64,000 bases of DNA from a bacterium (GCA_021802705.1 JAJZRL010000002.1:25913-89912), one strand, 5' to 3'. Shown: positions 18,320-27,117, numbered from the stretch's first letter. Notes: generated from the letters alone by a model not told the origin. Program-made: numbers and translations.

Positions 18320-19018
18320 ATGGACGACGAATACGCCGGATCCGAGAGACTCGTCGAGAGCCTGAATGACGCTGCCGTACGCGAGGCGTATAAAACGCCT
18401 CTCGACGGATACCGGACGGGAATACTCCCCCGTTTCCTTGGAGAGATTCTCATCTGGTGCGGCAATACCGTCTATGGCCGATCGCCCTCCTATCTTAAGT
18501 TTCGTGCGGTCGAAGTCATCGCCCGCGTCCCGTACCATTCCTGGGCTTCGGCGGCCTTCACGCTCCTTACGCTCTTCTATACCGACGAGGCGCGTGCTCT
18601 TAAGCTCTCGACGGTGTCGCGCTTCTCCCGTTTCGCTTCCGACAATGAGACGATGCACGTTGTCGTGATTTCCGCCCTTGCGCGGAAAGAGCGCCCTGCC
18701 GGCATCGTACGCTACACGCTTATCCCGATGTTCTTCGCGTTCTTCTATTTCTGGGTGTCGTATTTCCTCTATCTCCTCAATCCGCGCTGGTCGCTTGAAA
18801 CCAACTATCTTTTCGAACAGCACGCCTTCGATCAGTACTCCCTTTTCCTCAAGGAGAACGAAGAGGTTCTCAAAACGAAAGTGATCGTGAGCGATTTTCT
18901 CGCATGGTACGGCCGGCATCCGAGAAGCCAGTATGAGTTCTTCGAATCGGTCCGAAATGACGAGCTCGTGCATCGCAACCGTTCGATACGCGAAATCGAG
19001 ACGCTGCAGACACCCTGA
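18320..19018 (+). CDS. alternative oxidase (AOX/PTOX-type di-iron quinol oxidase)
   Basis: All four di-iron motif regions present: VEVIARVP, NETMH, LETNYLFEQHAFDQYSLFLKE, RNDELVHRN. The larger antisense ORF 18287..19054 is judged spurious. Confidence 0.8.
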   Translation: MDDEYAGSERLVESLNDAAVREAYKTPLDGYRTGILPRFLGEILIWCGNTVYGRSPSYLKFRAVEVIARVPYHSWASAAFTLLTLFYTDEARALKLSTVSRFSRFASDNETMHVVVISALARKERPAGIVRYTLIPMFFAFFYFWVSYFLYLLNPRWSLETNYLFEQHAFDQYSLFLKENEEVLKTKVIVSDFLAWYGRHPRSQYEFFESVRNDELVHRNRSIREIETLQTP

Positions 19019-19054
19019 CCTTGCACAGACCGGTCCGGAGGAACGCGCGAGCAT

Positions 19055-19588
19055 TCAATACCGCGGGTTTTCCTCAGGAACACCCGAGAGATGGTTTGCG
19101 AGCCGGGCAAGCGCGAAAAGGAGCGACGAGAGGCGGTTCATGTAGGTTTTCGTTTCTTGGGTGATTTCGCGGACCTGCGCATCGCTTACGGCGATGATCC
19201 GACGTTCCGCTCGCCGCGCGAGCGTTCGCGCGACATCAAGGAGCGCGGAGAGCTCGGTCCCGCCGGCAATGGAAAATCCCTTGAGAGGAGGGATTTCCTT
19301 CTCGATGGCATTGATGACCGCTTCTACGGATTCGGTCCGCTCTTTCCCTATACGCTTATCCGCGCCCGCGATCTCGGCCTGGACGATAAAGAGCGTCTCC
19401 TGCGTTTCTTGCAACACCGCTTTGATGCGCGGTTCATCCTGCGCCCGTACTTTTACGAACCCGAGGAACGCGTTCAGCTCGTCGAGCGAACCGAGCGCTT
19501 CCGGAAGTTCCGAAGATTTCGAGATCCGTTGCTGGTCACAGCCAAACACTTTCGTCGTCCCTCCGTCCCCTTTGCCGGTATAAAGCAT
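19055..19588 (-). CDS. ATP:cob(I)alamin adenosyltransferase, PduO type
   Basis: MLYTGKGDGGTTKVFGCDQQRISKSSELPEALGSLDELNAFLGF matches the PduO/MMAB N-terminus. Start chosen downstream of the tRNA. Confidence 0.75.
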   Translation of the reverse strand: MLYTGKGDGGTTKVFGCDQQRISKSSELPEALGSLDELNAFLGFVKVRAQDEPRIKAVLQETQETLFIVQAEIAGADKRIGKERTESVEAVINAIEKEIPPLKGFSIAGGTELSALLDVARTLARRAERRIIAVSDAQVREITQETKTYMNRLSSLLFALARLANHLSGVPEENPRY

Positions 19589-19594
19589 AACGTG

Positions 19595-19678
19595 TGCGCA
19601 GGAGAGGACTCGAACCTCCAATCCCTTGCGGGAGCTACCACCTCAAGGTAGTGCGTCTACCAATTTCGCCACCTGCGC
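19595..19678 (-). tRNA. tRNA-Leu (GAG)
   Basis: Reverse complement GCGCAGGTGGCGAAATTGGTAGACGCACTACCTTGAGGTGGTAG...TCCTGCGCA. Long variable arm, anticodon loop TTGAGGT. Confidence 0.85.
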
Positions 19679-19768
19679 AGTAAAAACACTATAAACGAAA
19701 ACGCGGCGGACGCAATGAGTACATCCTCCCGCCCGCAAACACTCCGATGTCTTGTGCGGAAGGAAAGC

Positions 19769-20293
19769 TTAAGCGACAACCTCTTCTTCTTTTTTCGGTT
19801 CTTCCTCCGGCGCAGCCGGAACGGCGACAGCGCCTTCTTCAACCTCCCCCTCGGCGGGAGTTTCGGCTTCCGCAGGAGCGATCGTCTCGTCGCTCTTGAG
19901 GTGGAGCATACGCGCGTTGCGCAGCTGACGACGCACTTCTTTCGCCGCCTTTTCACGGATGAAATAGAGCTTCGAACGCCGGACGGGCGAGCGTTTTACG
20001 ATCTCGATCGAGTCGATCAAAGGAGAGTACAGCGGGAACGTCTTTTCAACCCCGACGCCTGAAAGCGTCGCCCGGACAGTGAACGATGCGCCGGCTTCGG
20101 TTCCGTGCTTGACCGAAAGGACGAGGCCCTCGAAAACCTGCTTGCGTGTGTTCTTGATCGTCTTCTCTTTCTTGTCGGTACCGCGGCCCTTTTTGAGTTC
20201 GACGATGTTCTGCACCACGCGCACGGTATCGCCCGAACGGATACCGAGCTTGGCGCGTCCTTCTGCATTAACCGGCGTTATGACGTCGTGCAT
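19769..20293 (-). CDS. rplS: ribosomal protein L19 with acidic E/P/A-rich C-terminal extension
   Basis: MHDVITPVNAEG...QVFEGLVLSVKHGTEAGASFTVRATLSGVGVEKTFPLYSPLIDSIEIVKRSPVRRSKLYFIREK. Tail ...PAEAETPAEGEVEEGAVAVPAAPEEEPKKEEEVVA. Confidence 0.85.
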   Translation of the reverse strand: MHDVITPVNAEGRAKLGIRSGDTVRVVQNIVELKKGRGTDKKEKTIKNTRKQVFEGLVLSVKHGTEAGASFTVRATLSGVGVEKTFPLYSPLIDSIEIVKRSPVRRSKLYFIREKAAKEVRRQLRNARMLHLKSDETIAPAEAETPAEGEVEEGAVAVPAAPEEEPKKEEEVVA

Positions 20294-20306
20294 ATTGCCG
20301 CGCACT

Positions 20307-21035
20307 TTAGCATGCGTTTTCAAAGAGAGCAAATTTCTGGGCGGCATGCGGAAAGCGTTTGAATGCGGGAGCGAGGTCCGGCGGTATCGGCGCGACGATA
20401 TGCGCGCTGCCGCCCTTCGGAAGCGGCAATTCAAGCTCATAAGCGTGCAGGGCGAGGCGCGTAGTGCCGAGCGCCGGCGAATGCTTCGGTGCATAAAGGA
20501 CGTCCCCGACGACCGGATGGTGGATAGCCTTGAGGTGGACACGGATCTGATGCGTCCTCCCTGTTTCCGGACTCACCATAAGCAGGGCGCACCCGTCCGC
20601 CTCGCCGAGCACTTCGTAGCGCGTGAGCGCTTCCCGCAAACGCCCTTTCGCCTTAGGTTGAGCGCTCCGGAGCCGGAAATCCTTTCTCGAGCGTCCGATA
20701 TCGAAATCGATGATGCCTTTCTTTTCCTTCGGCGCGCCGTGCGTGATTGCAAGATACGTCTTCCGCACGGCGCGATCGCGGAATGCCTTGCGTAGGAACT
20801 CGTAGGCCGTCTCATTCTTCGCAAAGACGAGGACGCCGGAGGTGTCACGGTCGAGCCGGTGCACATACCCTGCGCCGGCCGGATACTTTCCCTTAAACCA
20901 GTCCTCTGCTGTTTCTGTCTTCTGGCCGGTATGGGGAGTATCTACGGATCCGATACTAGGACGATGCGTCAAAACTCCCGCCGGCTTCAGGACGGCGACG
21001 AGATCGGCATCTTCATAGAGGACAGCGAGGTCCAT
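20307..21035 (-). CDS. RluA-family pseudouridine synthase
   Basis: HRLDRDTSGVLVFAKN catalytic motif; 242 aa. Confidence 0.85.
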   Translation of the reverse strand: MDLAVLYEDADLVAVLKPAGVLTHRPSIGSVDTPHTGQKTETAEDWFKGKYPAGAGYVHRLDRDTSGVLVFAKNETAYEFLRKAFRDRAVRKTYLAITHGAPKEKKGIIDFDIGRSRKDFRLRSAQPKAKGRLREALTRYEVLGEADGCALLMVSPETGRTHQIRVHLKAIHHPVVGDVLYAPKHSPALGTTRLALHAYELELPLPKGGSAHIVAPIPPDLAPAFKRFPHAAQKFALFENAC

Positions 21036-21104
21036 CGCGCTACTCTACCATTGCTTTTTGGAAAGGGTCGCGCCGCCTTCTCGACCCTGCTCTTATTTTC
21101 CGGG

Positions 21105-21177
21105 TGCACCCTGAGGGACTTGAACCCCCGACCTTCGCAGTGTAAATGCGCTGCTCTACCAACTGAGCTAAGGGTGC
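21105..21177 (-). tRNA. tRNA-Val (TAC)
   Basis: Reverse complement GCACCCTTAGCTCAGTTGGTAGAGCAGCGCATTTACACTGCGAAGGTCGGGGGTTCAAGTCCCTCAGGGTGCA. Anticodon loop TTTACAC. Confidence 0.85.
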
Positions 21178-21210
21178 CTGTCGTACATTCTATGCCATGG
21201 CTGACCGCTT

Positions 21211-21295
21211 TGGTGGGCATGGGGAGACTCGAACTCCCAAGTCTTGCGACATACGCTTCTGAGACGTACGCGTATACCAATTCCGCCACATGCCC
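21211..21295 (-). tRNA. tRNA-Leu (CAG)
   Basis: Reverse complement GGGCATGTGGCGGAATTGGTATACGCGTACGTCTCAGAAGCGTATGTCGCAAGACTTGGGAGTTCGAGTCTCCCCATGCCCACCA. Anticodon loop CTCAGAA, long variable arm, CCA encoded. Confidence 0.85.
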
Positions 21296-21403
21296 TTCCC
21301 TTCCCGGATATGCGCCTCTCTTTACGGTATCGCAGACTCTCGATTGAGACAACGAGCGGCCCCAAAGAGACGTCCGCAATCGCTTTTCTGGAATGATTGC
21401 GGA

Positions 21404-21943
21404 CTATTTCTCAAACCGCTGCTCTCTCGTTTTCTTCAGGACGGCTATTTTATAATGAGGTTTCAGCTTTGTCGTCGGATATAAGGCGACTATCTCGAAT
21501 TCGCCATTCTTTTTCGTGAGAAGCCGTTGTTCGACATATTCTCTGCTAAAGAGAACCGTGCCGAGATGGAACATGGGGTCGACATCGATGCTCCGCGCGG
21601 AAAGAACGAGCGCGAAAGAAAGACCTTCGCTTATGCTTGCCGGATAATATCCCGCTTCGCATACCTCACGATAAAACTCCCGAATATCGGTTTCCATATC
21701 GAGCGAGACGAGAGCGAACGTCCGTTCGTACGCCCTTTCGCCTTCATACTCTTTCCAAAGCGGCCCATAGAGAACGCTGGAAAGATCGAGCCTCTCCTCA
21801 AGAGACTTGCGCGAAAACAGCTTGCTCAGGAACAAGTAGGGATGAGCGCCTGAAAAACGACCGTTGAGATACGAGGTCAGCGTTTCTGCAATGGTGTTTT
21901 TACGAACGACCCTGACACCGGTAACTTCGTGTTCAATCTTCAT
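21404..21943 (-). CDS. hypothetical protein
   Basis: About 180 aa ORF (MKIEHEVTGVRVVRKNTIAE...). No family recognised, codon usage consistent with coding. Confidence 0.4.
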   Translation of the reverse strand: MKIEHEVTGVRVVRKNTIAETLTSYLNGRFSGAHPYLFLSKLFSRKSLEERLDLSSVLYGPLWKEYEGERAYERTFALVSLDMETDIREFYREVCEAGYYPASISEGLSFALVLSARSIDVDPMFHLGTVLFSREYVEQRLLTKKNGEFEIVALYPTTKLKPHYKIAVLKKTREQRFEK

Positions 21944-22041
21944 CGAAACCTCCGAAAAGTACGTCCTCTGGCATTTTATCACGTACGAATTGCTATGGGG
22001 ACTTGGCTCGTGCGCCTGTTCCGCCCCGGGCGCGTTTCGTT

Positions 22042-23118
22042 TTATCGCGCCTTGCGCACAATGCAGAACGGCGTCATCTCATCCGACTGGCCCATCGGGT
22101 TGTCGCGGAAAACCTTGCCGATGAAGTCTTCCGTGATCGCGCGCGTAGACTTCCCGAGCGAGAATGCGCCGCGGTAGTTGGAGTCAAGGATGACGACCTC
22201 GCAGCCGAGACGGGCTTTGACACGTTTTGCGAAATCGTCGGGATCATCCGGTGCGAGTTTTGCCGAATGTGCGTACTCGAGAATGAGGAACGACATCGGG
22301 AGATCGACGGATTTGGCGCGCTTGCCACCCAACGTATAGAAGAGTCCGCGGATGCCGAACGGTCGCGTAATCGCAGAAACCGCCGCGGCAAAGAGCGCTC
22401 GCGGATAGCCGGCTTCTTGAATGAAGAGCTGCATCGCGAGCGGCGTGCCGTGGCCGAAGCCGCGAAACTCGGGGGTGCCGTAGTAATTGGCGACATTGCG
22501 CGCGAAAACATAGGCGAGCCATCCGGGCTTTATCTCGCTCATGTCGATAATCTTCTGTTGCGCGATGCTCAATGCTTTTTCGCTCACAAAGACCATGTCC
22601 TCTGCTTGCACATGAGGTCCGGCATACTCGACGATGATCGGGAGCAAGTCCTTGTCGGCCATCGTGATGAGACGCGATTTCACGAGGAGGCGGTCGTACC
22701 TTGTGCCGTCAACGTCGATCGGACTACTGAGTGGCGCGGCGCCGGCTGTTGCAAGGCGAGGAACGCTCACGGCCTCGACCCGCTCGCTCGGCACCTTCTC
22801 GCCGCGGAACATCGAGAAAAGCACTTCTTCGGCCTGCCGGATCTGATCGTGCGACTGCTTGATCTTCGCACGGGAGCGGAGAAGTTCCGTCGATTCCATA
22901 TATAAGATGTGCGCCTCGTCGATACGCTTTTGTGAAAACGATGCAGTAATGTCAGGTTCGTCATTGGCACTCGCTTTCAAATCGACCGAGCCATCGTCGC
23001 GCGGCGTATAAAACACCGTGAATCCGGTCTGCCCTTTCATCTCAGCATAGACGAGCGCGCTTTCTCCCGACCTCGTTTTCGGACCCGCTCCCGTCGAAAC
23101 TGCTACCGCTGCTGACAT
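22042..23118 (-). CDS. F420-0:gamma-glutamyl ligase (CofE)-like domain protein with extra N-terminal domain
   Basis: Segment DMVFVSEKALSIAQQKIIDMSEIKPGWLAYVFARNV...GFGHGTPLAMQ...VILDSNYRGAFSLGKS resembles the CofE/PF01996 core. The N-terminal ~150 aa are unassigned. Confidence 0.35.
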   Translation of the reverse strand: MSAAVAVSTGAGPKTRSGESALVYAEMKGQTGFTVFYTPRDDGSVDLKASANDEPDITASFSQKRIDEAHILYMESTELLRSRAKIKQSHDQIRQAEEVLFSMFRGEKVPSERVEAVSVPRLATAGAAPLSSPIDVDGTRYDRLLVKSRLITMADKDLLPIIVEYAGPHVQAEDMVFVSEKALSIAQQKIIDMSEIKPGWLAYVFARNVANYYGTPEFRGFGHGTPLAMQLFIQEAGYPRALFAAAVSAITRPFGIRGLFYTLGGKRAKSVDLPMSFLILEYAHSAKLAPDDPDDFAKRVKARLGCEVVILDSNYRGAFSLGKSTRAITEDFIGKVFRDNPMGQSDEMTPFCIVRKAR

Positions 23119-23257
23119 ATTTTTGCGCGCATAATTTTTATATTCCGTATAGCATATCACGGAAGCAAATGCTGCAGAGATGCTGGAGCAAGTGGATGTT
23201 TCCGCGCCCGAGAAAGCGGAGGGCGGTATGGATCAGACATCACATCTACGCTCGCGC

Positions 23258-23332
23258 TGGTGCCCCCAGAAGGAATCGAACCTCCATCAAGAGCTTAGAA
23301 GTCTCCTGCTCTATCCATTGAGCTATGGGGGC
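23258..23332 (-). tRNA. tRNA-Arg (TCT)
   Basis: Reverse complement GCCCCCATAGCTCAATGGATAGAGCAGGAGACTTCTAAGCTCTTGATGGAGGTTCGATTCCTTCTGGGGGCACCA. Anticodon loop CTTCTAA. Confidence 0.8.
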
Positions 23333-23362
23333 CAAACATCCCTACCCTACCGCACCAAGGCG

Positions 23363-23668
23363 TTATTGCGAAGGATCCGGGTATTGGTACGCTCCCGTCT
23401 CATACTTCGACTCTTCTGCGGCACGATTTGCAAAAATAGTGCGGACAGTGTCGAGCGACGACTGGTTGAAAACCGGCTCGGTCGTACTGCTTACAGAAGA
23501 ACCTATGATGCCGCCGCGCGCAACGGTATCGAAGACCGATATGCTCCACATGACGTTGCCGGCAAGGACCGCGATTGAAAGCACGAGCAGCATGAGCCAG
23601 TCTCGGGATGGATCAGGACGGATCCCGGTGCGCAGACGTCTGACGAGTAGTTCGATCGAGGAGCGCAT
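23363..23668 (-). CDS. hypothetical membrane protein, last gene of pilMNO operon
   Basis: 101 aa with N-terminal TM LMLLVLSIAVLAGNVMW, directly downstream of the PilO-like gene on the same strand. Confidence 0.4.
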   Translation of the reverse strand: MRSSIELLVRRLRTGIRPDPSRDWLMLLVLSIAVLAGNVMWSISVFDTVARGGIIGSSVSSTTEPVFNQSSLDTVRTIFANRAAEESKYETGAYQYPDPSQ

Positions 23669-23675
23669 AGCGTAA

Positions 23676-24281
23676 TCAACGTAATTGCGGAACCTTCGGA
23701 CGTGCGGTAGTCGAGTTCATCAGAGAAGCGGGCGTATCCGAGGCATTTGAATACATGCCTGTCGTGGAAGGAGAGGAGGAGGCTGAACCGACAAGCATAG
23801 TAAGGTTAGCATGCCAGCTGTTCTTATCGACCTGTTCGAGCGAGAGCCCCGATATGGTGAGATCGTACGGAGCGTATTCGATGAGACCGATCGTGCGCAT
23901 CGTCGCATCAAACGGTCCTTCTATGGCAAGCGCAAGCGTAAAGACCGAGTGCGTCCCGACACTCCCTGAAGAGACGGAAAGGATATTCACGTGTGTCTTC
24001 TGGGATTTGCCGTACGCGCCGAGACTATCGATGAAAGGGACGATGCCGTCTTCGGGGACGAAATAGCTTTGCACGGAAGCTTCGCTGTCAGCGATTTCCG
24101 CGAGAGCCGCTTGGACGGAAGCAACGCGGCTAGCGGTGGCGGTCTTTGCATCGATCTGGTCTTGGATCTTCGCAACCGAAGCGCTCATGTCCACTATGGA
24201 CATATACCATGCATAGAAACCGGCAAAGACGATAACGCAGAAGACGAGCGAGCCGACGAGATGTGTGAGAGGCGGTTTCAT
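23676..24281 (-). CDS. pilO: type IV pilus assembly protein PilO-like
   Basis: 201 aa with N-terminal TM and a coiled-coil region. Position after PilM/PilN-like genes. Confidence 0.5.
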   Translation of the reverse strand: MKPPLTHLVGSLVFCVIVFAGFYAWYMSIVDMSASVAKIQDQIDAKTATASRVASVQAALAEIADSEASVQSYFVPEDGIVPFIDSLGAYGKSQKTHVNILSVSSGSVGTHSVFTLALAIEGPFDATMRTIGLIEYAPYDLTISGLSLEQVDKNSWHANLTMLVGSASSSPSTTGMYSNASDTPASLMNSTTARPKVPQLR

Positions 24282-24832
24282 GGCGCAAGCGTGACGACGA
24301 TAGTAAAGGGGATGTCCGATCCTTTCGCGTATGCGGAGACCGGCAGATCGGCGCTCGAAACAAACGAAGCGTTTTGCAGCGCGAGCTGGTAAACACGGAG
24401 GTTGTCGCGCGATGCCGCGGTGCCGGAGATCGCTACCTTTCCCGGGCTCCCCCCGCTTGCAGGGGTGTATGAGAATCCGGAAAGGCTGACGCCGGTATGT
24501 GGGATCGCAAGTATGGAACGCATGACCGAACTTGCCGCCGGCACCGTCTCAAGAGCGGTCAAGGTTGCTACGTCGTTTGAGAGCGCGGAGAGTTTTGCGG
24601 AAAGCGACGATTCGTCCGTCGAGGAGAGCGTGGATTCTACGCTCGCGAGACGCGCTTCTTTGGTCTGATAGCTTTTTCCCAAAAGAACGTATGTCGGCAA
24701 AAGCAATATCGCGGCGGCAAGAGCAAGAGCGGACGCGAGCAAAAGGAAGATGACGCCGAGCCGCACGAAGTAATTCCGGCGCAGCAGGCGCTGACGTTCA
24801 AAAGGGAGAAGGTTGGTGAGTTCGTTATGCAT
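24278..24832 (-). CDS. pilN: type IV pilus assembly protein PilN-like
   Basis: LLPFERQRLLRRNYFVRLGVIFLLLASALALAAAILL is the typical PilN N-terminus. Overlaps flanking genes by a few nt. Confidence 0.55.
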   Translation of the reverse strand: MHNELTNLLPFERQRLLRRNYFVRLGVIFLLLASALALAAAILLLPTYVLLGKSYQTKEARLASVESTLSSTDESSLSAKLSALSNDVATLTALETVPAASSVMRSILAIPHTGVSLSGFSYTPASGGSPGKVAISGTAASRDNLRVYQLALQNASFVSSADLPVSAYAKGSDIPFTIVVTLAP

Positions 24833-25913
24833 AGGATCCGACACAATCGCGCAACGCAAGACCTATCGCCGTCGCATAGGCGAGCGATTCGGTATAGTCA
24901 AGCGAGGGGATCCACACGTTGCGCGATGCGAGATTGGTGAAAACGTCGCCTGTCGTGACGGGGATTTTCAACGATCCTTCGAGATACTCAGGAAGTCCGC
25001 GGACCGATGCGTTACCGCCGGCGAGAATGGCGTGCGACACCCGCTCATGAGACCCCTGAAAAGCCGCCTTTCCTTGCCAATAATCGAGCCGCGTCAATAT
25101 CTCGTCGCGGATCGCCGAAACGGTCGAGAGCATGGCGGCAAGATAATCATCATTACCGGGAGCATGGACGATGCCGCGTTCGGCCTTTACCTTGCGCGCC
25201 TCGGATTCCGTAACGCCAAAATGTTTCTGCACGGCAAGGGTGAGTGCGTGGCCGCCGATGCTGATCGTCGTCGCAAAACGCGGTATGCGGCGCGCGACGA
25301 TAGCCATCTTCGTGGTCGTCTTGCCGACATCGATGATGAGCGCCGTTGACTCGTCTCCGTGCGGGAGAAGCGCGCGCGCCATCGCGAACGTCTCTCCCTC
25401 AAGAGCCCTGACCTCGACACCAGCCGCATCGAAGGCGTCGAGCGTCGAAGCGACGATGCGGCGCGCGAATCCGATACCCGCAACGAGCGTATTGCCGGCG
25501 CCGTCCTGCCCGGTGCCGACGACATCAAAAGACGTTTCTTGCGGGGGCAGCGGTATGAGCTCGTCGATACGTTGCTCGATAGCAGTCCGCCACTCCTGCT
25601 TCTTCATGCCCGGTACCGCCGTTTCAAACAGGTACGACTTCGATTCCGGTAACGCGGCATTGCCTGAGGAAATGCCCGCCTCTTTCGCGGCCGCGGCAAG
25701 GGCAGCGGCGACGGCGTTTCGGTCCATGATTTCGCCGTCCGTAAACGCTCCGACCGGCAAGCGCGCCTCGGCATACTTTGCCAAGACAAAGCCATGGGCG
25801 TTTTCGGCAAGACGCACCGCTTTCACGCCGCTCGTCGAGAGATCGATGCCGGAAAGCGGAGCGGCGAGATATCGCGGAGGAGCGAACGCGGCGCGCAATC
25901 CTCTGGAAACGGA
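24825..25913 (-). CDS. pilM: type IV pilus assembly protein PilM (actin-like ATPase fold)
   Basis: GIDLSTSGVKAVRL...LIIDVGKTTTKMAIV...ILAGGNASVRGLPEYLEGSLKIPV pattern of PilM/FtsA-like proteins. Confidence 0.7.
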   Translation of the reverse strand, partial: SVSRGLRAAFAPPRYLAAPLSGIDLSTSGVKAVRLAENAHGFVLAKYAEARLPVGAFTDGEIMDRNAVAAALAAAAKEAGISSGNAALPESKSYLFETAVPGMKKQEWRTAIEQRIDELIPLPPQETSFDVVGTGQDGAGNTLVAGIGFARRIVASTLDAFDAAGVEVRALEGETFAMARALLPHGDESTALIIDVGKTTTKMAIVARRIPRFATTISIGGHALTLAVQKHFGVTESEARKVKAERGIVHAPGNDDYLAAMLSTVSAIRDEILTRLDYWQGKAAFQGSHERVSHAILAGGNASVRGLPEYLEGSLKIPVTTGDVFTNLASRNVWIPSLDYTESLAYATAIGLALRDCVGSYA

Positions 25914-25968
25914 AAGCATACGCGTACAGTATACCGCGACCAACCCAGGAACACCGGCTATTTTGATG

Positions 25969-26310
25969 TTAATGCGCGCTTGTTCCCGGCGGTACCGTGC
26001 GGTCGCTCGTAAGGAACGCGAACGACTCGTCCGAACCGACAGCGAAAAGCATGCCGTCGCTTTCAAGCCCGCGTATCGTGCGCGGCTCGAGATTCGTAAC
26101 GAAAGCAAGCTGACGACCGCAAAGCTCCTCTGGCTCGGGCACGTACGCGGCTATGCCGGAAACGATCTGGCGCGGCCCGCCTTCCTCGCCGAAATCGACC
26201 GTGAGCCGTAAAAGCTTGTCGGTTTCGGGTACGCGTTCGGCAGTACGGACCGTGCCTATCTTCACCTCTATTTTGCTGAACTCATCGATCGATATGCGCG
26301 GTTTATCCAT
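25969..26310 (-). CDS. tRNA-binding protein (CsaA/Myf-domain)
   Basis: MDKPRISIDEFSKIEVKIGTVRTAERVPETDKLLRLTVDFGEEGGPRQIVSGIAAYV is a Myf/EMAP-like tRNA-binding domain. Confidence 0.7.
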   Translation of the reverse strand: MDKPRISIDEFSKIEVKIGTVRTAERVPETDKLLRLTVDFGEEGGPRQIVSGIAAYVPEPEELCGRQLAFVTNLEPRTIRGLESDGMLFAVGSDESFAFLTSDRTVPPGTSAH

Positions 26311-26716
26311 GCTGTATGCGTGAAAGAAAGCTGGTAAGAATGAGCGCGGCGGCGGCATCGTCAATCGGTTTCCTTGATTTTGGCGAACGAGGATTTTTCC
26401 CGCGCACCTGCATCCGGCGCGCTTCGGTACTGGTAAATACTTCGGATTCGAAGAATATCGGGATACCCGACCTCTTAGCAACACCGTCTCCAAGGGCACG
26501 GGCATCTTTGGCAATCGGATTTTCATCTCCCGCAAGGTTCCTTGACTCTCCGATGACGACCGCGCCGATATTTTCTTTTTCTATAACGGAACACAGGTCT
26601 TCGATAAGACTCGGCGTATTGGGAACGATGCGGTACGGAAATCCCATGGTGCCGGCCTCGTCCGAGAGCGCGAGACCGACTTTCTTCGAACCGTAATCGA
26701 CACCTAAGTACCGCAT
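26303..26716 (-). CDS. ruvX: Holliday junction resolvase-like protein RuvX/YqgF
   Basis: MRYLGVDYGSKKVGLALSDEAGTMGFPYRIV... is a canonical YqgF sequence. Confidence 0.8.
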   Translation of the reverse strand: MRYLGVDYGSKKVGLALSDEAGTMGFPYRIVPNTPSLIEDLCSVIEKENIGAVVIGESRNLAGDENPIAKDARALGDGVAKRSGIPIFFESEVFTSTEARRMQVRGKNPRSPKSRKPIDDAAAALILTSFLSRIQHG

Positions 26717-26779
26717 ACAAGAAAGTGTATGGTATGATTGCTTTATATGCACGGATTTTCGCCTATTTATTCCCCTTAT

Positions 26780-27022
26780 ATGTTCGGATATATGGATATA
26801 TTCCTTCCCCTTCTTCTTCTCGCGGTGCTCTGGACAATAGTTTTGAAAGGTTTCGCTCTCTGGTATGCTGCTCGCGGCGGTCAAAAGTGGTGGTTTGTCG
26901 CAATGCTCATCATAAACACGCTCGGAATCCTCGAGATCATATACCTCATTTGGTTCCGCCCGAAAAATGATACGCCCGCACCGATAGAAACGCAGGTACG
27001 TTCTCCGTCGGCTATAGAGTAG
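26780..27022 (+). CDS. hypothetical small membrane protein
   Basis: MFGYMDIFLPLLLLAVLWTIVLKGFALWYAARGGQKWWFVAMLIINTLGILEIIYLIWF has two TM helices and lower local GC. Confidence 0.4.
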   Translation: MFGYMDIFLPLLLLAVLWTIVLKGFALWYAARGGQKWWFVAMLIINTLGILEIIYLIWFRPKNDTPAPIETQVRSPSAIE

Positions 27023-27029
27023 TCCCCCC

Positions 27030-27117
27030 GGATGGTTGGCTGAGAGGTCTAAAGCAGCGGACTTGAAATCCGCCGTACCGCAAGGTACCGCAGGTTCGAA
27101 TCCTGCACCATCCGCCA
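27030..27117 (+). tRNA. tRNA-Ser (TGA)
   Basis: GGATGGTTGGCTGAGAGGTCTAAAGCAGCGGACTTGAAATCCGCCGTACCGCAAGGTACCGCAGGTTCGAATCCTGCACCATCCGCCA. Long variable arm, CCA encoded. Confidence 0.85.

Noticed and set aside
18287-19054. 255-aa minus-strand ORF overlapping the alternative oxidase gene
   Set aside because: Charged low-complexity sequence with no family resemblance, whereas the plus-strand frame carries all AOX di-iron motifs.
19055-19621. Full-length 188-aa ORF for the PduO-type adenosyltransferase
   Set aside because: The first 11 codons overlap tRNA-Leu(GAG). The conserved N-terminus begins at MLYTGKGDGGTT, so the start was moved to 19588.
22003-22905. 300-aa plus-strand ORF antisense to the CofE-like gene
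   Set aside because: No motifs and Arg/Ala-rich; the minus-strand protein has a coherent domain structure.
25171-26211. 346-aa plus-strand ORF antisense to pilM / tRNA-binding protein genes
   Set aside because: Low-complexity Ala/Arg/Ser sequence. The minus strand encodes recognisable PilM and a Myf-domain protein.
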